Under the pieces are notes generated by a model. It saw only the letters and a program-made list of their open reading frames with translations, did no database searches and was not told the origin of the DNA. The position numbers and the translations under genes were made by a program. Below, in pieces: positions 18,398 through 27,714 of a stretch of DNA of 64,000 nt. Positions within the stretch are counted from its first letter, which is position 1. Each line of letters starts with the position of its first letter. The stretch lies in NCBI GenBank assembly GCA_050951545.1, contig JBMNJG010000007.1:288001-352000 (forward strand), read 5' to 3'. This DNA is from Limnochordia bacterium (GTDB lineage: Bacteria; Bacillota; Limnochordia; DTU080).

Positions 18398-18820
18398 ATG
18401 GGGCAAGAGAGGCTAACGCGGTTTGGGGTTAGCATGCCAGCGGATCTGTTGGACCAGTTCGACGAGATGCTGGTAACACGTGGGTACAACAGCAGATCCG
18501 AGGCGCTACGAGACCTCGTCCGTCGTGAGCTGGTCGAGCAGAAATGGGAGGCGAGCGCGGTCCATGTGACTGGCATCCTGACCATTGTCTATGACCACGG
18601 CGCTGGCGTGGCGGATGCTCTAGGCTCAATGCAACATGCTCATCATCAGGAGATTGTCTGCACGATGCATGTCCATCTCGATGCGCATAGATGCATGGAG
18701 GTGATCGTTTTGCGCGGCAGGGCGCAGCAGGTGAAGGCGATCGCCGCTCATCTTGTCAGCATCCGCGGAGTACATCACGGTCGATTGGTGGCCGCCGCTA
18801 TTGACGAGGATGTCTCGTGA
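18398..18820 (+). CDS. nikR: Nickel-responsive regulator NikR
   Basis: Ribbon-helix-helix RFGVSM..NSRSEALRDLVR; YDH; Ni ligands in QH..HVHL...C.EVI. Confidence 0.93.
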   Translation: MGQERLTRFGVSMPADLLDQFDEMLVTRGYNSRSEALRDLVRRELVEQKWEASAVHVTGILTIVYDHGAGVADALGSMQHAHHQEIVCTMHVHLDAHRCMEVIVLRGRAQQVKAIAAHLVSIRGVHHGRLVAAAIDEDVS

Positions 18821-19695
18821 CGGTTGGGGTCGTGACGGGCTGTAGCCGCCAAGACGGCGCCAGTCACGACTGCTAGGCCACCAAGAAGTTGAAGGGCGCT
18901 CAGCCGCTCGCCGAGCAAGAGAGCTGATAGACAGACAGTGACCAGGGGCTCAGTGGTGCTGAGAATGGCTGCCTGAGTTGAGCCCACCAGCTCCAGGCCA
19001 CGGAAGAAGGCGAGCATGGCCATCACTGTGGAGAACACGGCAATGCCTAGAATAGCCAGCCAGCTCTGTATGGAGATCGAGAAATGGAGATCACCAGTGA
19101 CGAGGCTGACGAGCAGTAGAGATGCGGCAGCGAACAAGGCGACGTAAGCACTGGTGACGATGGAGGGCAACTGCTTTACCACGCGGTTGCCTATCACTAT
19201 GTAGCACGAGTAGACTATGGCGGCCGAAAGCGCGAAAAGCACGCCTTTGATGTTGACCGCCTCACCAGAGACCCCCAGCATCAGAAAAACACCGCCCAAA
19301 GAGATGACGATCGCTGTGATCGAGCGAGCTCCAATCGGTTCGTTTTCTACAATGAACGATAGAACAGCCACCATGATCGGGTAGGTGTAAAGGATCAGAG
19401 CTGCTAGCGACGGCGAGATGAAACGTACTGCCGTCAGATAGGTAGTCGACTGAAGCATATAGAGGACGCCCCCCAGCAGTACCAGACTAAAAACCTGCTT
19501 ACGGGTGAGCGAGATCTGGCGCTCTTGCAGGGCGACACAGACGAAGAATACAGCCGCAGTGATAATGAAGCGGCAAGACAAGACTGTGCCGACCGTGGCA
19601 CCGCCTTCGTAGGCGTATAGGGCCAGCAGAGGCATCAGACCAAAGCCAAAAGCAGAGACGGCGATCAGCAAAGCACCAAGATAGCGTTTGGACAC
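18775..19695 (-). CDS. DMT/EamA family transporter
   Basis: About 10 TM segments in two repeats; YTYP, TEP and LGE motifs. Confidence 0.88.
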   Translation of the reverse strand: MSKRYLGALLIAVSAFGFGLMPLLALYAYEGGATVGTVLSCRFIITAAVFFVCVALQERQISLTRKQVFSLVLLGGVLYMLQSTTYLTAVRFISPSLAALILYTYPIMVAVLSFIVENEPIGARSITAIVISLGGVFLMLGVSGEAVNIKGVLFALSAAIVYSCYIVIGNRVVKQLPSIVTSAYVALFAAASLLLVSLVTGDLHFSISIQSWLAILGIAVFSTVMAMLAFFRGLELVGSTQAAILSTTEPLVTVCLSALLLGERLSALQLLGGLAVVTGAVLAATARHDPNRHETSSSIAAATNRP

Positions 19696-19815
19696 ACGAC
19701 TCACCTTGCTTCTATGTCTGGCGTCTTGTAGGCGCCGTGATTGGGATATCTTCTCTGTCATTCGGCGTCGACCCTTCAGCCTTTACGGTGACGGCCTTGT
19801 TCGCTTACACAAAGA

Positions 19816-19841
19816 AGCCGCCGGGTGTGTGCCCGGCGGCT
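19816..19841 (-). terminator. Intrinsic terminator
   Basis: AGCCGCCGGG/CCCGGCGGCT stem followed by TCTTTGT on the minus strand, just after the small ORF stop. Confidence 0.75.
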
Positions 19842-19845
19842 AACC

Positions 19846-19947
19846 TTAGTCGTTTTCTAGCATCAAGATCAGTAAGATCACTAGAATGATCACCAGCAGA
19901 TCATCGTCGAACAGGCAACGGAGCCGGTGTCCCAGTCCACCGGACAT
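19846..19947 (-). CDS. 33-aa single-TM small protein, absent from the ORF track
   Basis: GGGAGGTGAGCAT-ATG; MSGGLGHRLRCLFDDDLLVIILVILLILMLEND*; followed by its own terminator. Confidence 0.75.
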   Translation of the reverse strand: MSGGLGHRLRCLFDDDLLVIILVILLILMLEND

Positions 19948-20028
19948 ATGCTCACCTCCCGAGCTCGCGCGTCTGCCAATAGGATACGACAGACGGAGAG
20001 TAGGGGGACTAGGAGCAAGCTCCTGTTG

Positions 20029-21126
20029 CTAGATCTCGGGGATATCGATGTCGACTTCGCGACCGCTTGCGGCCGAGCGCAAAATGCCGTCAATGATAGC
20101 CTGATTACGCACAATCTGTTCGCCGGGTATGGGGGCTGGTTTGCCCTCTTTCGCCGCTAGTACAAAAGCGCGCACTTTCTCCGTAAAGATGTTGAGAGAA
20201 CCCCGGGGCTTTAGGGAGAAGGGGGCATCGGTCTGGTGCCCCAATAGGTCATAGTACAGCGTCATAGAACCAATGCCCCCGTCCCAGACACCACCCCAGT
20301 TGCCAATGCCGCTGGGGGTGCACTTCAATGCCGCTTCTGTTCCCAAAAAGAAGGCAGCACCCATGCTATCGAGGTGCATGGCCCACGAGGTCTGGAACAG
20401 AAGAACGATATCGCCTTCTAGACGAACATAGGCCGTACCAAAGTCCTCGACTTCGAATTCGTCCGGGTCATGTCCACCGTTGTACTTGCGTGATTTGCCG
20501 AAGTAGTTCGTCGCCTGAGCAGATACAGTAAGTGGCTTCGGGTAGTCCAAGGCGTTGAGTGCCATATCCAAAGCGTAGCAGCCGATGTCGGCAATGGCGC
20601 CAAAACCAGCCGTTTCCTTATTCACAAAGCTCCCCCAAGGCATGCCCCGACGACGCCCACCACCAGTTTCGATATAGTAAACTTTGCCCAGAACACCCGA
20701 TTGCACAATGCGTTTCATCTCTTGCATGTTCGGGTCGTAGCGGGGTTGGAAGCCGATGGAGAGGATGCACTCCGCTTTCTTGGCGGCCTGGGCCATCTCT
20801 ACCGCTTGCTCAAGGGTCACACTCATCGGTTTCTCACACAAGACATGAAGCCCAGCGGTCAAGGCGTCAACTGAGATAAAGCTGTGCGATGCATTGGGCG
20901 TGGAGATACTCACCGCATCGAGAGAACACTTGTCGATCATGTCGCGGTAGTCAGTGAAGCATTTGGCTTCTGGGAAGCTCTGTTGCTGTCCGAAGGCTGC
21001 TGCTTTGCCAGGAACGATGTCGCAGAGGGCGACGACATCAGCTTCGGGAATGTCATGGTACGCTCGGGCATACGAACGGGCGATATTACCAGTGCCGACT
21101 ATACCGATTCGTAGGCGCTCAGACAT
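20029..21126 (-). CDS. Gfo/Idh/MocA family oxidoreductase
   Basis: VGTGNIA, CEKP, RRRGMP and DIGCYALD motifs; AAGGAG RBS. Confidence 0.9.
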   Translation of the reverse strand: MSERLRIGIVGTGNIARSYARAYHDIPEADVVALCDIVPGKAAAFGQQQSFPEAKCFTDYRDMIDKCSLDAVSISTPNASHSFISVDALTAGLHVLCEKPMSVTLEQAVEMAQAAKKAECILSIGFQPRYDPNMQEMKRIVQSGVLGKVYYIETGGGRRRGMPWGSFVNKETAGFGAIADIGCYALDMALNALDYPKPLTVSAQATNYFGKSRKYNGGHDPDEFEVEDFGTAYVRLEGDIVLLFQTSWAMHLDSMGAAFFLGTEAALKCTPSGIGNWGGVWDGGIGSMTLYYDLLGHQTDAPFSLKPRGSLNIFTEKVRAFVLAAKEGKPAPIPGEQIVRNQAIIDGILRSAASGREVDIDIPEI

Positions 21127-21170
21127 TGTCTCGCGCTCCTTTCAGCGGGGCGTGCCGACCCTACCCCATC

Positions 21171-22226
21171 TTATCTTGAGTAACATCCTATCTTGAGCCC
21201 TTCATCCACCATGGCCAAGAAGTTGCGCACGGGAACGTAGTTGGCTACGGTGTTACCCGTACCCAGAGCGTAGCCACCGCCGGGCATACAGACCGCAAGA
21301 ACCTCACGCACACGTTGGCGGACTTCGTCTTCAGAAGCACGGCAAAGGAAATCAAGATCGATGCCTCCCAAGGCAGCCATCCGGTCTCCGTAAGCTTTCT
21401 TGAAGCAAGTCACTGGCTGAACCTGATCTTCGAAGGAATGCTTGGCATCGATGCCGCAGACGATTAGGTCCTCCATGATCTCCTTCAGGTTGCCGCAGGA
21501 GTGCAGGATGACGGGCTTGTCATGCGCGTGAGCGATGTCGCAGTAGCGTTTATACCAAGGAAACACGTGGGTCCGCAACACGTCGGGAGAGAACATGGTC
21601 GCGGTCTTGAACCCTAGGTCGTCACTGATCACCAGAGCTCCGACGCTGTTCATCGGAGCGCAGGAGGCATAGGCCTTTTCGTAGCTGGAACCTACCGCCG
21701 CGAAGACGGCTGTCACTAGATCAGGGTCGTCGTAGAGGGCGAGGGCGAGCCTCTCATAGCCCATCAGGCCCATCGCGTCCTCCAGTACATGACCACCGTG
21801 GACGACGACCCTCATTCCTTCGGGACATGCTTTGGCAGTACGCTCGATAGCCGAATAGTCGAAGTCGCGGGGATTGGGCCAGCGGTAGTTTTCATAGTCC
21901 TCCCAGCCCTTGATGCAGCCCATGCCAGCGACGCGGAAGGATCTTGGCGATTGGCTCAAAGCAGCGGTGTCCTCTGCCGACATGAATCCGGTAGTAGGGT
22001 GTTCACAGCCAAGGACTCGCGATTGGACGTAGTCGTAACCCATGCGAATCTGATAGGCGACCAGATCACTTTCGTCACGGATGGCGTGGCCCATGATGGC
22101 GGCCATGATGGGGGGATCAGCGAACAGCTCATATAGCGGGACGCGATCAGGCTCTCCCTGGCGCAAGAGCACTTTTCGCAATCGGGAGAAGTCGGGTGTG
22201 TTGCTGGTCGAACCCAAATTCCTCAC
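21171..22226 (-). CDS. Uroporphyrinogen decarboxylase/MtaA-CmuA superfamily protein
   Basis: PDRVP, SDDLG, Zn-type LHSCG, GGID and GGYALGTGN motifs. Confidence 0.85.
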   Translation of the reverse strand: MRNLGSTSNTPDFSRLRKVLLRQGEPDRVPLYELFADPPIMAAIMGHAIRDESDLVAYQIRMGYDYVQSRVLGCEHPTTGFMSAEDTAALSQSPRSFRVAGMGCIKGWEDYENYRWPNPRDFDYSAIERTAKACPEGMRVVVHGGHVLEDAMGLMGYERLALALYDDPDLVTAVFAAVGSSYEKAYASCAPMNSVGALVISDDLGFKTATMFSPDVLRTHVFPWYKRYCDIAHAHDKPVILHSCGNLKEIMEDLIVCGIDAKHSFEDQVQPVTCFKKAYGDRMAALGGIDLDFLCRASEDEVRQRVREVLAVCMPGGGYALGTGNTVANYVPVRNFLAMVDEGLKIGCYSR

Positions 22227-22252
22227 CCCTTAGGGTACACTCATGGGCAGGA

Positions 22253-22317
22253 GTTCCTCGTAGTCTGAAGAGCTCCTGCTATTTGCCCGCCAGGGAATGA
22301 AGGTTCTCCTGTCGAAA
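22253..22317. promoter_or_regulatory. Divergent pair of sigma-H-like promoters
   Basis: Minus strand AGGA-N17-GAAC (22277-22253) and plus strand GGGA-N17-GAAA (22293-22317). Confidence 0.5.
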
Positions 22318-22362
22318 CGACCTGATATCATAGAAAGACGCGAGATCAGGAGGTGTTGCCGG

Positions 22363-22908
22363 TTGGATCAGCGACCGCAGCTGCGTATGAGGCACGATGA
22401 TCTTAACAGCCTGGCCCCCCTGGAAGCTCCTGCTGGGTACCGAATGCGGCGCTTTGCAGCTGGGGATGAGCGAATCTGGGTAGCTCTGCTACAGGAAAAC
22501 GGCGAGCTAGGGGAATGGAATCTAGAGAGGGCAGAGCGGCTATTCACCGCCAGGAAAGGGGCCGTATGGCGGGAAAGCATTCATTTTATCGTTCATGGGC
22601 AGCGCCCAGTAGCCACAGCGTGTGTGCAGTTGCATGCGGACTCACCCGGCGCTCCGGAACTGGGTTGGGTGGCCGTGTCGCCTGATTGCCGACGGCAAGG
22701 GCTAGGCCGGTCTATATGCCTCGCAGTTCTGCATTTCATGCGTGAGCAGGGCTACTTGCGCTGCTTCTTGCGCACCGACGATCGACGCCTACCAGCGATA
22801 AAGACCTACATTAGACTGGGCTTTGTCCCAGACATGGAGTACCACAGCAGCTTTCCTGCTCGCTGGCAGGCGGTGTGGGCTGCGCTTGAACGAGAGTCGG
22901 GTGCTTGA
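22363..22908 (+). CDS. GNAT family N-acetyltransferase
   Basis: V.P..RRQGLG acetyl-CoA motif, AIKTYIRLGF; AGGAGG RBS before TTG. Confidence 0.88.
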   Translation: MDQRPQLRMRHDDLNSLAPLEAPAGYRMRRFAAGDERIWVALLQENGELGEWNLERAERLFTARKGAVWRESIHFIVHGQRPVATACVQLHADSPGAPELGWVAVSPDCRRQGLGRSICLAVLHFMREQGYLRCFLRTDDRRLPAIKTYIRLGFVPDMEYHSSFPARWQAVWAALERESGA

Positions 22909-22914
22909 TGCTTT

Positions 22915-23565
22915 CTACAAGCCCATGATCTCGACGCTCACGCCAGACGCTTTCATAAGTCCGGCGAACTCTTGGCGATCCTTCGGCGTTGTGTGATAGG
23001 CAAGCACTTTGCTTGGCGAAAAGCTTCGCACTGCTTGCACAGCCTCTTGCGGCGACATCGTATAGGGCAGCATCAGAGGGATAATAGCTAGATCAATCCT
23101 CTGCAGTTTGCTCATTTCGGGGATGAACTCCGTATCACCAGCGATATAGACTCGGTGATCATCAAAGGTGGCCACATAGCCGTTGCCCAGACCCTTGGGG
23201 TGGAACTTCACGCCGGGTGATCTTTCGCGTACAGCGTTGTAGGCAGGGACAGCTTTGATGTGGATGCCATCTATGGTGAGCTGATCGCCATTGCGCATCA
23301 CATTGATCTGGGCAGGGGCGCCGAGCTGATCGACAGCGGTAGGTGGCGCAACGAACTGTGTGGTGGGCTGTCGGACAAGGTCCAGGGCTGTGCGATCGAG
23401 ATGGTCGAAGTGCTCGTGGGTAATCCAGATCTGATCAGCTTTGGGAAGTGTGGCGTAATCTGCAGCTTCGCTATAGGGATCTACGTGTATGATGCGACTG
23501 GCATATTCGATCATGAGGGAACCGTGTCCCACGGGGGTGATAGTCACAGGTCCTATCTCTATCAT
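22915..23565 (-). CDS. MBL-fold metallo-hydrolase
   Basis: GHGS, VDP, THEHFDH, AGDT and terminal YH motifs. Confidence 0.88.
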   Translation of the reverse strand: MIEIGPVTITPVGHGSLMIEYASRIIHVDPYSEAADYATLPKADQIWITHEHFDHLDRTALDLVRQPTTQFVAPPTAVDQLGAPAQINVMRNGDQLTIDGIHIKAVPAYNAVRERSPGVKFHPKGLGNGYVATFDDHRVYIAGDTEFIPEMSKLQRIDLAIIPLMLPYTMSPQEAVQAVRSFSPSKVLAYHTTPKDRQEFAGLMKASGVSVEIMGL

Positions 23566-23638
23566 GGGGCGAACCTCCTGTTATAGATGCCTTTCGCTTT
23601 CTGCTTCTCGCACAGAGGACAAGGGGCCTGCTCTCCAA

Positions 23639-24856
23639 TCAGCGTATTGAAAGCTCATCGTCACTATAGGTGTTGAGTCCTATCTGACAGTCTACCCCGG
23701 GCGCGATCTCAACTCTCTCGCCGCCCCGCAGCTGGCTAGTGAAGATAGCCAGCGATGTGGCATCGGGTCCGGCCACGACTTGTCTCTTGCCTGAGGCTAG
23801 AAAGCGGGAGTCGCTGATAGTCAGACTACCCTGATCAAGTCTGATGGCAGGGTGATCTTCACAGTCGTGATCCCAGCTGTGGAAGTCACAGGCTGCGAAA
23901 ACGCTTGGGCATCTGCCCTGCAAAACCGCCACAGATTGAACAGGCGGAGCGACCCCGAAGCTACATTCGGAGAATCGTACAGGACCACTGTTTTTTGGCC
24001 CGATCTCAATGCCGCCGTTGAAACTGCCGCGTCTGAAGGATACGCCCGCAGGCTCGTGCACGTGCTCAATGCGGACTGCCGACCGACACTCTGAGCTGCA
24101 TTGCGTAAACAGGGCATTGCTGGGGCCACCAGTGCCAGCACCGAAAAGAAAGCCGATGCGGTAGGCAGTGGCACTGCAGTTGCTGACGTACTCCCAGTCA
24201 CAGTCCTTGATATCAAAGGCGATTCCGAGTTCCCGCATAGAATGCAGGACTGGCTCTGAATGCTGCCAGTGTGGGCCAAACTGCACACCTTCTAGCTTGC
24301 CCATCTCCGCACCCTGGCCAATACGCAGGCCGCGATAGAGGGGTTGCCCGCGGATGTTTCGTACATGGTGGCGTGAGGCAGCATGACCATCCAGATCAAT
24401 GGCCTGATAGGCGTTGGTAATATGCAGATCAAGGATGCCTGCATGCGTGCCGGCTACTCGAATAGTCCAGGGGTAGGGGACAACACGATCCGCTCGCTGC
24501 TGGGGATAGTGAATGGTCACACTTCGCAGGCAGCTACTGGCCTCCAGAGTGATCAGGGGTTCGCCGTCAGGGTGACCTTCGCCATCTTCAGCCAATAGCA
24601 GAGTAGCTCGAGGCGACGAGCTCGATGATTCGCCTACCAGGGCCACGCCTCGGGGGACCCGCAGGGGTGAGTTGATGCGGTAGGTACCCGCAGGAATATG
24701 GACGAAGCCCCTACCACGATCGGCAGCTTTCTCCAGGGTCCGGTTGAAGGCTGGTGCATCGTCTGTGACACCATCACCAGTGGCGCCGAAGCGACGGGGA
24801 CACAGACTTCGTGCCTTCGCCTGCCATGTCATCCTTCCTGGTAGTCGCCGAGACAC
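23639..24856 (-). CDS. Right-handed beta-helix protein (pectate lyase 3/GH28-related)
   Basis: FGATGDGVTDDAPAF and IPAGTY N-terminal motifs with repetitive beta-helix spacing; no obvious signal peptide; start uncertain. Confidence 0.8.
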   Translation of the reverse strand: MSRRLPGRMTWQAKARSLCPRRFGATGDGVTDDAPAFNRTLEKAADRGRGFVHIPAGTYRINSPLRVPRGVALVGESSSSSPRATLLLAEDGEGHPDGEPLITLEASSCLRSVTIHYPQQRADRVVPYPWTIRVAGTHAGILDLHITNAYQAIDLDGHAASRHHVRNIRGQPLYRGLRIGQGAEMGKLEGVQFGPHWQHSEPVLHSMRELGIAFDIKDCDWEYVSNCSATAYRIGFLFGAGTGGPSNALFTQCSSECRSAVRIEHVHEPAGVSFRRGSFNGGIEIGPKNSGPVRFSECSFGVAPPVQSVAVLQGRCPSVFAACDFHSWDHDCEDHPAIRLDQGSLTISDSRFLASGKRQVVAGPDATSLAIFTSQLRGGERVEIAPGVDCQIGLNTYSDDELSIR

Positions 24857-24971
24857 GCTGACCCTCCATTTCCTCACGGTGCTGATAGTAACATATACGA
24901 TCTGCTATGCTGCATTCCCTGTTACTTGTGGTACCTTACTGCAGGCGATGCGAAGCGGGTCGTATTAGAGC

Positions 24972-24996
24972 AGGAAAGCCGATTCCTGACGTGAAC
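24972..24996 (+). promoter_or_regulatory. Sigma-H-like promoter (AGGA-N17-GAAC)
   Basis: About 40 bp upstream of the fucosidase start. Confidence 0.55.
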
Positions 24997-25038
24997 ACTG
25001 TCAATAGTATCCAAGAGAGGAAGCAAGAGGGAGGCACG

Positions 25039-26304
25039 ATGATGTTGCAGACCGGTCCGAGCCCGGGCGATACCAGCTGGTTTGTTCACGATCGTCTCGG
25101 CATGTTCATCCATTGGGGAATATACGCGCTGCCCGCCAGACATGAATGGGTGAAATCACGTGAACTCATCTCGGATGACGCCTACGACAGATACTTCCGC
25201 CACTTCGATCCAGATCTGTATGAGCCGCGGCTCTGGGCTCAAGCTGCCGCAGACGCTGGCATGAAATACTTCGTTGTAACCACGAAGCACCATGACGGGT
25301 TCTGCCTTTGGGATAGTGCCCTTACGGACTACAAGGCGACCAACACGCCAGCGGGGCGTGATCTACTGCAGCCAATGACCAAAGCCTTTCGTGAGCAGGG
25401 CCTACGCGTCGGTTTTTACCACTCTCTTATCGATTGGCATCATCCTGAGTTCGTGATTGATCGCATACACCCCATGCGCAATCGACCAGACAAAGAAGAA
25501 CTGAATCAGAAGCGTGATCAGACCAAGTATGCGGAGTACCTGCATGGCCAAGTGCGTGAGTTGCTGACGCAGTTTGGCACCGTAGACATCATGTGGCTGG
25601 ATTTTAGCTACCCTGGGCCCGATGGAAAAGGCCGTGATGACTGGCAGAGTGAAAAACTGTACGCAATGATCCGCGAGTTGCAGCCTGACGTGGTACTCAA
25701 CGATCGCATGGACCTGCCGGATGGCTGGGATATCAAGACACCCGAGCAGTTTCAGCCACGTGAGTGGGTGCGGGTCAATGGCCAACCAGTCGTGTGGGAA
25801 GCGTGTCAGACGTTTTCTGGATCATGGGGCTATCACCGTGAGGAGGCGACCTGGAAGAGCCTTGAGCAGCTAGTGCGGATGCTGATCGACACGGTGAGCA
25901 AGGGGGGCAACCTCCTGCTGAACGTGGGGCCGACGGGCCGTGGCGAGTTCGATCAGCGGGCGCTTGATCGCTTGCAGGGTATTGGTGAGTGGATGAAGCG
26001 CCATAGCCGCTCGATCTACGGTTGCACGCAGGCGCCAGCGGAGTTCGAGGCACCACAAGACTGCCGCCTGACGTATCATCCAGAAAAGCGGCGCCTGTAT
26101 CTGCATGTATTTGCCTGGCCCTTCCGCCAGCTTCATCTGGACGGGTTTGCGGGCAAGATCGCCTATGCGCAGCTGCTCAATGATGCGTCGGAGATCACGT
26201 TTCAGGTGCGCGATAGGGATAACGAGAGCCAGGCCCTGACCCTCAACCTACCAGTGCAAAAACCTGCTGTCACGGTGCCAGTGATCGAGCTTTTCCTGAA
26301 ATAG
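25039..26304 (+). CDS. Alpha-L-fucosidase, GH29
   Basis: GMFIHWG, TKHHDGF, nucleophile WLDF, NDR, WEAC, SWGY and GGNLLLNVGP motifs. Confidence 0.93.
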   Translation: MMLQTGPSPGDTSWFVHDRLGMFIHWGIYALPARHEWVKSRELISDDAYDRYFRHFDPDLYEPRLWAQAAADAGMKYFVVTTKHHDGFCLWDSALTDYKATNTPAGRDLLQPMTKAFREQGLRVGFYHSLIDWHHPEFVIDRIHPMRNRPDKEELNQKRDQTKYAEYLHGQVRELLTQFGTVDIMWLDFSYPGPDGKGRDDWQSEKLYAMIRELQPDVVLNDRMDLPDGWDIKTPEQFQPREWVRVNGQPVVWEACQTFSGSWGYHREEATWKSLEQLVRMLIDTVSKGGNLLLNVGPTGRGEFDQRALDRLQGIGEWMKRHSRSIYGCTQAPAEFEAPQDCRLTYHPEKRRLYLHVFAWPFRQLHLDGFAGKIAYAQLLNDASEITFQVRDRDNESQALTLNLPVQKPAVTVPVIELFLK

Positions 26305-26314
26305 TTCGGAGTTA

Positions 26315-26337
26315 GGGCCCACCGTAGCGGTGGGCCC
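26315..26337. terminator. Hairpin between convergent genes
   Basis: Perfect 10-bp stem GGGCCCACCG-tag-CGGTGGGCCC. Confidence 0.65.
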
Positions 26338-26347
26338 GACACTATCG

Positions 26348-27526
26348 TCAGCCTAGGAACCCTTTGATCAATACCACTGGCGTGCCGGCATCTGAAGAGC
26401 CACTGACCAAGTCGGCGAGAGTCGCCATCAAGTCTTCCATCTTGCGAGGGGTCGTACCTTCGGTCTCGGCACTTCCTGGGTTGGGGGTCTCTTTTTTGCG
26501 GGCCTCCAGAACAGTCTCGATGTCGGCAACGCTACTGCCCTTGTACCACAGATCGTCGACGATATACTTGTACTTCAGTCCACTCCGGTAGCGACCGCCC
26601 AGGCCTTTAGTGATGCCAAAAGTGGGCTGCGGGTCTGCCAGTTCATAGATGCCTGTAGACGGATCTCGGTAGGCGCCGTCACCGTAGATGATCACTTCCA
26701 CATGCTTGCCTAGTCTTTGGGCAACCATGCTCTGCAACTCCTGGGCGAGCGTGCTGGCTCCTCTGGGAGCTAGCTTAAGCATATCATCCGATGATAGGTT
26801 GCTACCCAACAGCCCCCACTCTGACCAGGCAGTATCGCCGGCATTGCACAGATCCTGCAGTGTGATGCAGTTTTGCCCAACTGCCTCGAGTTCGTCTCTT
26901 ACCCGATCTCGGCTGTGGACATTAGCGACCACGATGCCATCAAGTTCCCGACGTGCCATCTCTAGTGGGTCGTTGCAGAGATATAGGCTGGGACGAGCGC
27001 CTTGGGCGGCAATAACCTGTTGATAAAGGTCGACATAGTCGACGCCAGTAACGGGGTGTCGCGTTCTGTTTGTTCCAAGCTCCATCAACGTAATGACGTC
27101 GCCTTCGCTTTTCCCCAGTGCTTGAGCGGTCTCTTGTGGCAATAGCAGGTTGCCCACTTCATCGGTCGGATGGGCAAACTGCACCACGACCTCCCCCGAG
27201 TCAACCGCCTTAGCCAGTCCTTTCAGGATCAGTGAGAAACGATTGCGGCTGAGGAGGGGGAACAGAACACCGAGTTTGCCGCCTGGTTTGAGTTCAAGTT
27301 TTTGGCGTGTTTCCCGCGCAATATCCTCAGTTGTCACGTAGTTGTTTTGGGCTCGCGCCACTATCGACTCCGTGATGCAAATCGTGTCGGCGTCATCCAA
27401 AAGGCCATCGGCGTCGCATTTCGCCAAGGCGTCGTAGACCATTTGCACGATATTGCTTCCGGGTACGACGACCCCCATCTTGATGCCAAAGGCAGATACT
27501 CCAACATAATCGGGCAACCTGGTCAC
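26348..27526 (-). CDS. Coenzyme F420-0:L-glutamate ligase (CofE)-like protein
   Basis: D.D.ICITESIVARAQN, VIIYGDG and terminal ADLVSGSSDAGTPVVLIKG motifs. Confidence 0.75.
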   Translation of the reverse strand: MTRLPDYVGVSAFGIKMGVVVPGSNIVQMVYDALAKCDADGLLDDADTICITESIVARAQNNYVTTEDIARETRQKLELKPGGKLGVLFPLLSRNRFSLILKGLAKAVDSGEVVVQFAHPTDEVGNLLLPQETAQALGKSEGDVITLMELGTNRTRHPVTGVDYVDLYQQVIAAQGARPSLYLCNDPLEMARRELDGIVVANVHSRDRVRDELEAVGQNCITLQDLCNAGDTAWSEWGLLGSNLSSDDMLKLAPRGASTLAQELQSMVAQRLGKHVEVIIYGDGAYRDPSTGIYELADPQPTFGITKGLGGRYRSGLKYKYIVDDLWYKGSSVADIETVLEARKKETPNPGSAETEGTTPRKMEDLMATLADLVSGSSDAGTPVVLIKGFLG

Positions 27527-27714
27527 CTTTACACATCCTCTTTTCTCGTAGGGCTCGGCAGACGATGGCGCCACTCACAAAGTACACCCTATACGCTCGG
27601 ATTTGTCAATATCGACGGACCCCAAACGCGAAGGAAGCCTTGCTATGGAGGTGACAGAGCAAGGCTTCGCTGGACTGTGTCTGCAAACACATGGGGCTGT
27701 AGCCGAAAGGCTTT

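Noticed and set aside
19700-19845. Terminator upstream of the EamA gene as a riboswitch platform
   Set aside because: The terminator belongs to the small ORF directly upstream; no aptamer motif was recognised
19860-19905. Repeated GATC/GATCA units resembling a tandem repeat or operator array
   Set aside because: Explained by the Ile/Leu/Val codons of the 33-aa minus-strand ORF
21171-22226. Call as hemE (heme biosynthesis)
   Set aside because: Lacks the HemE RQAGR motif and has no hem gene context
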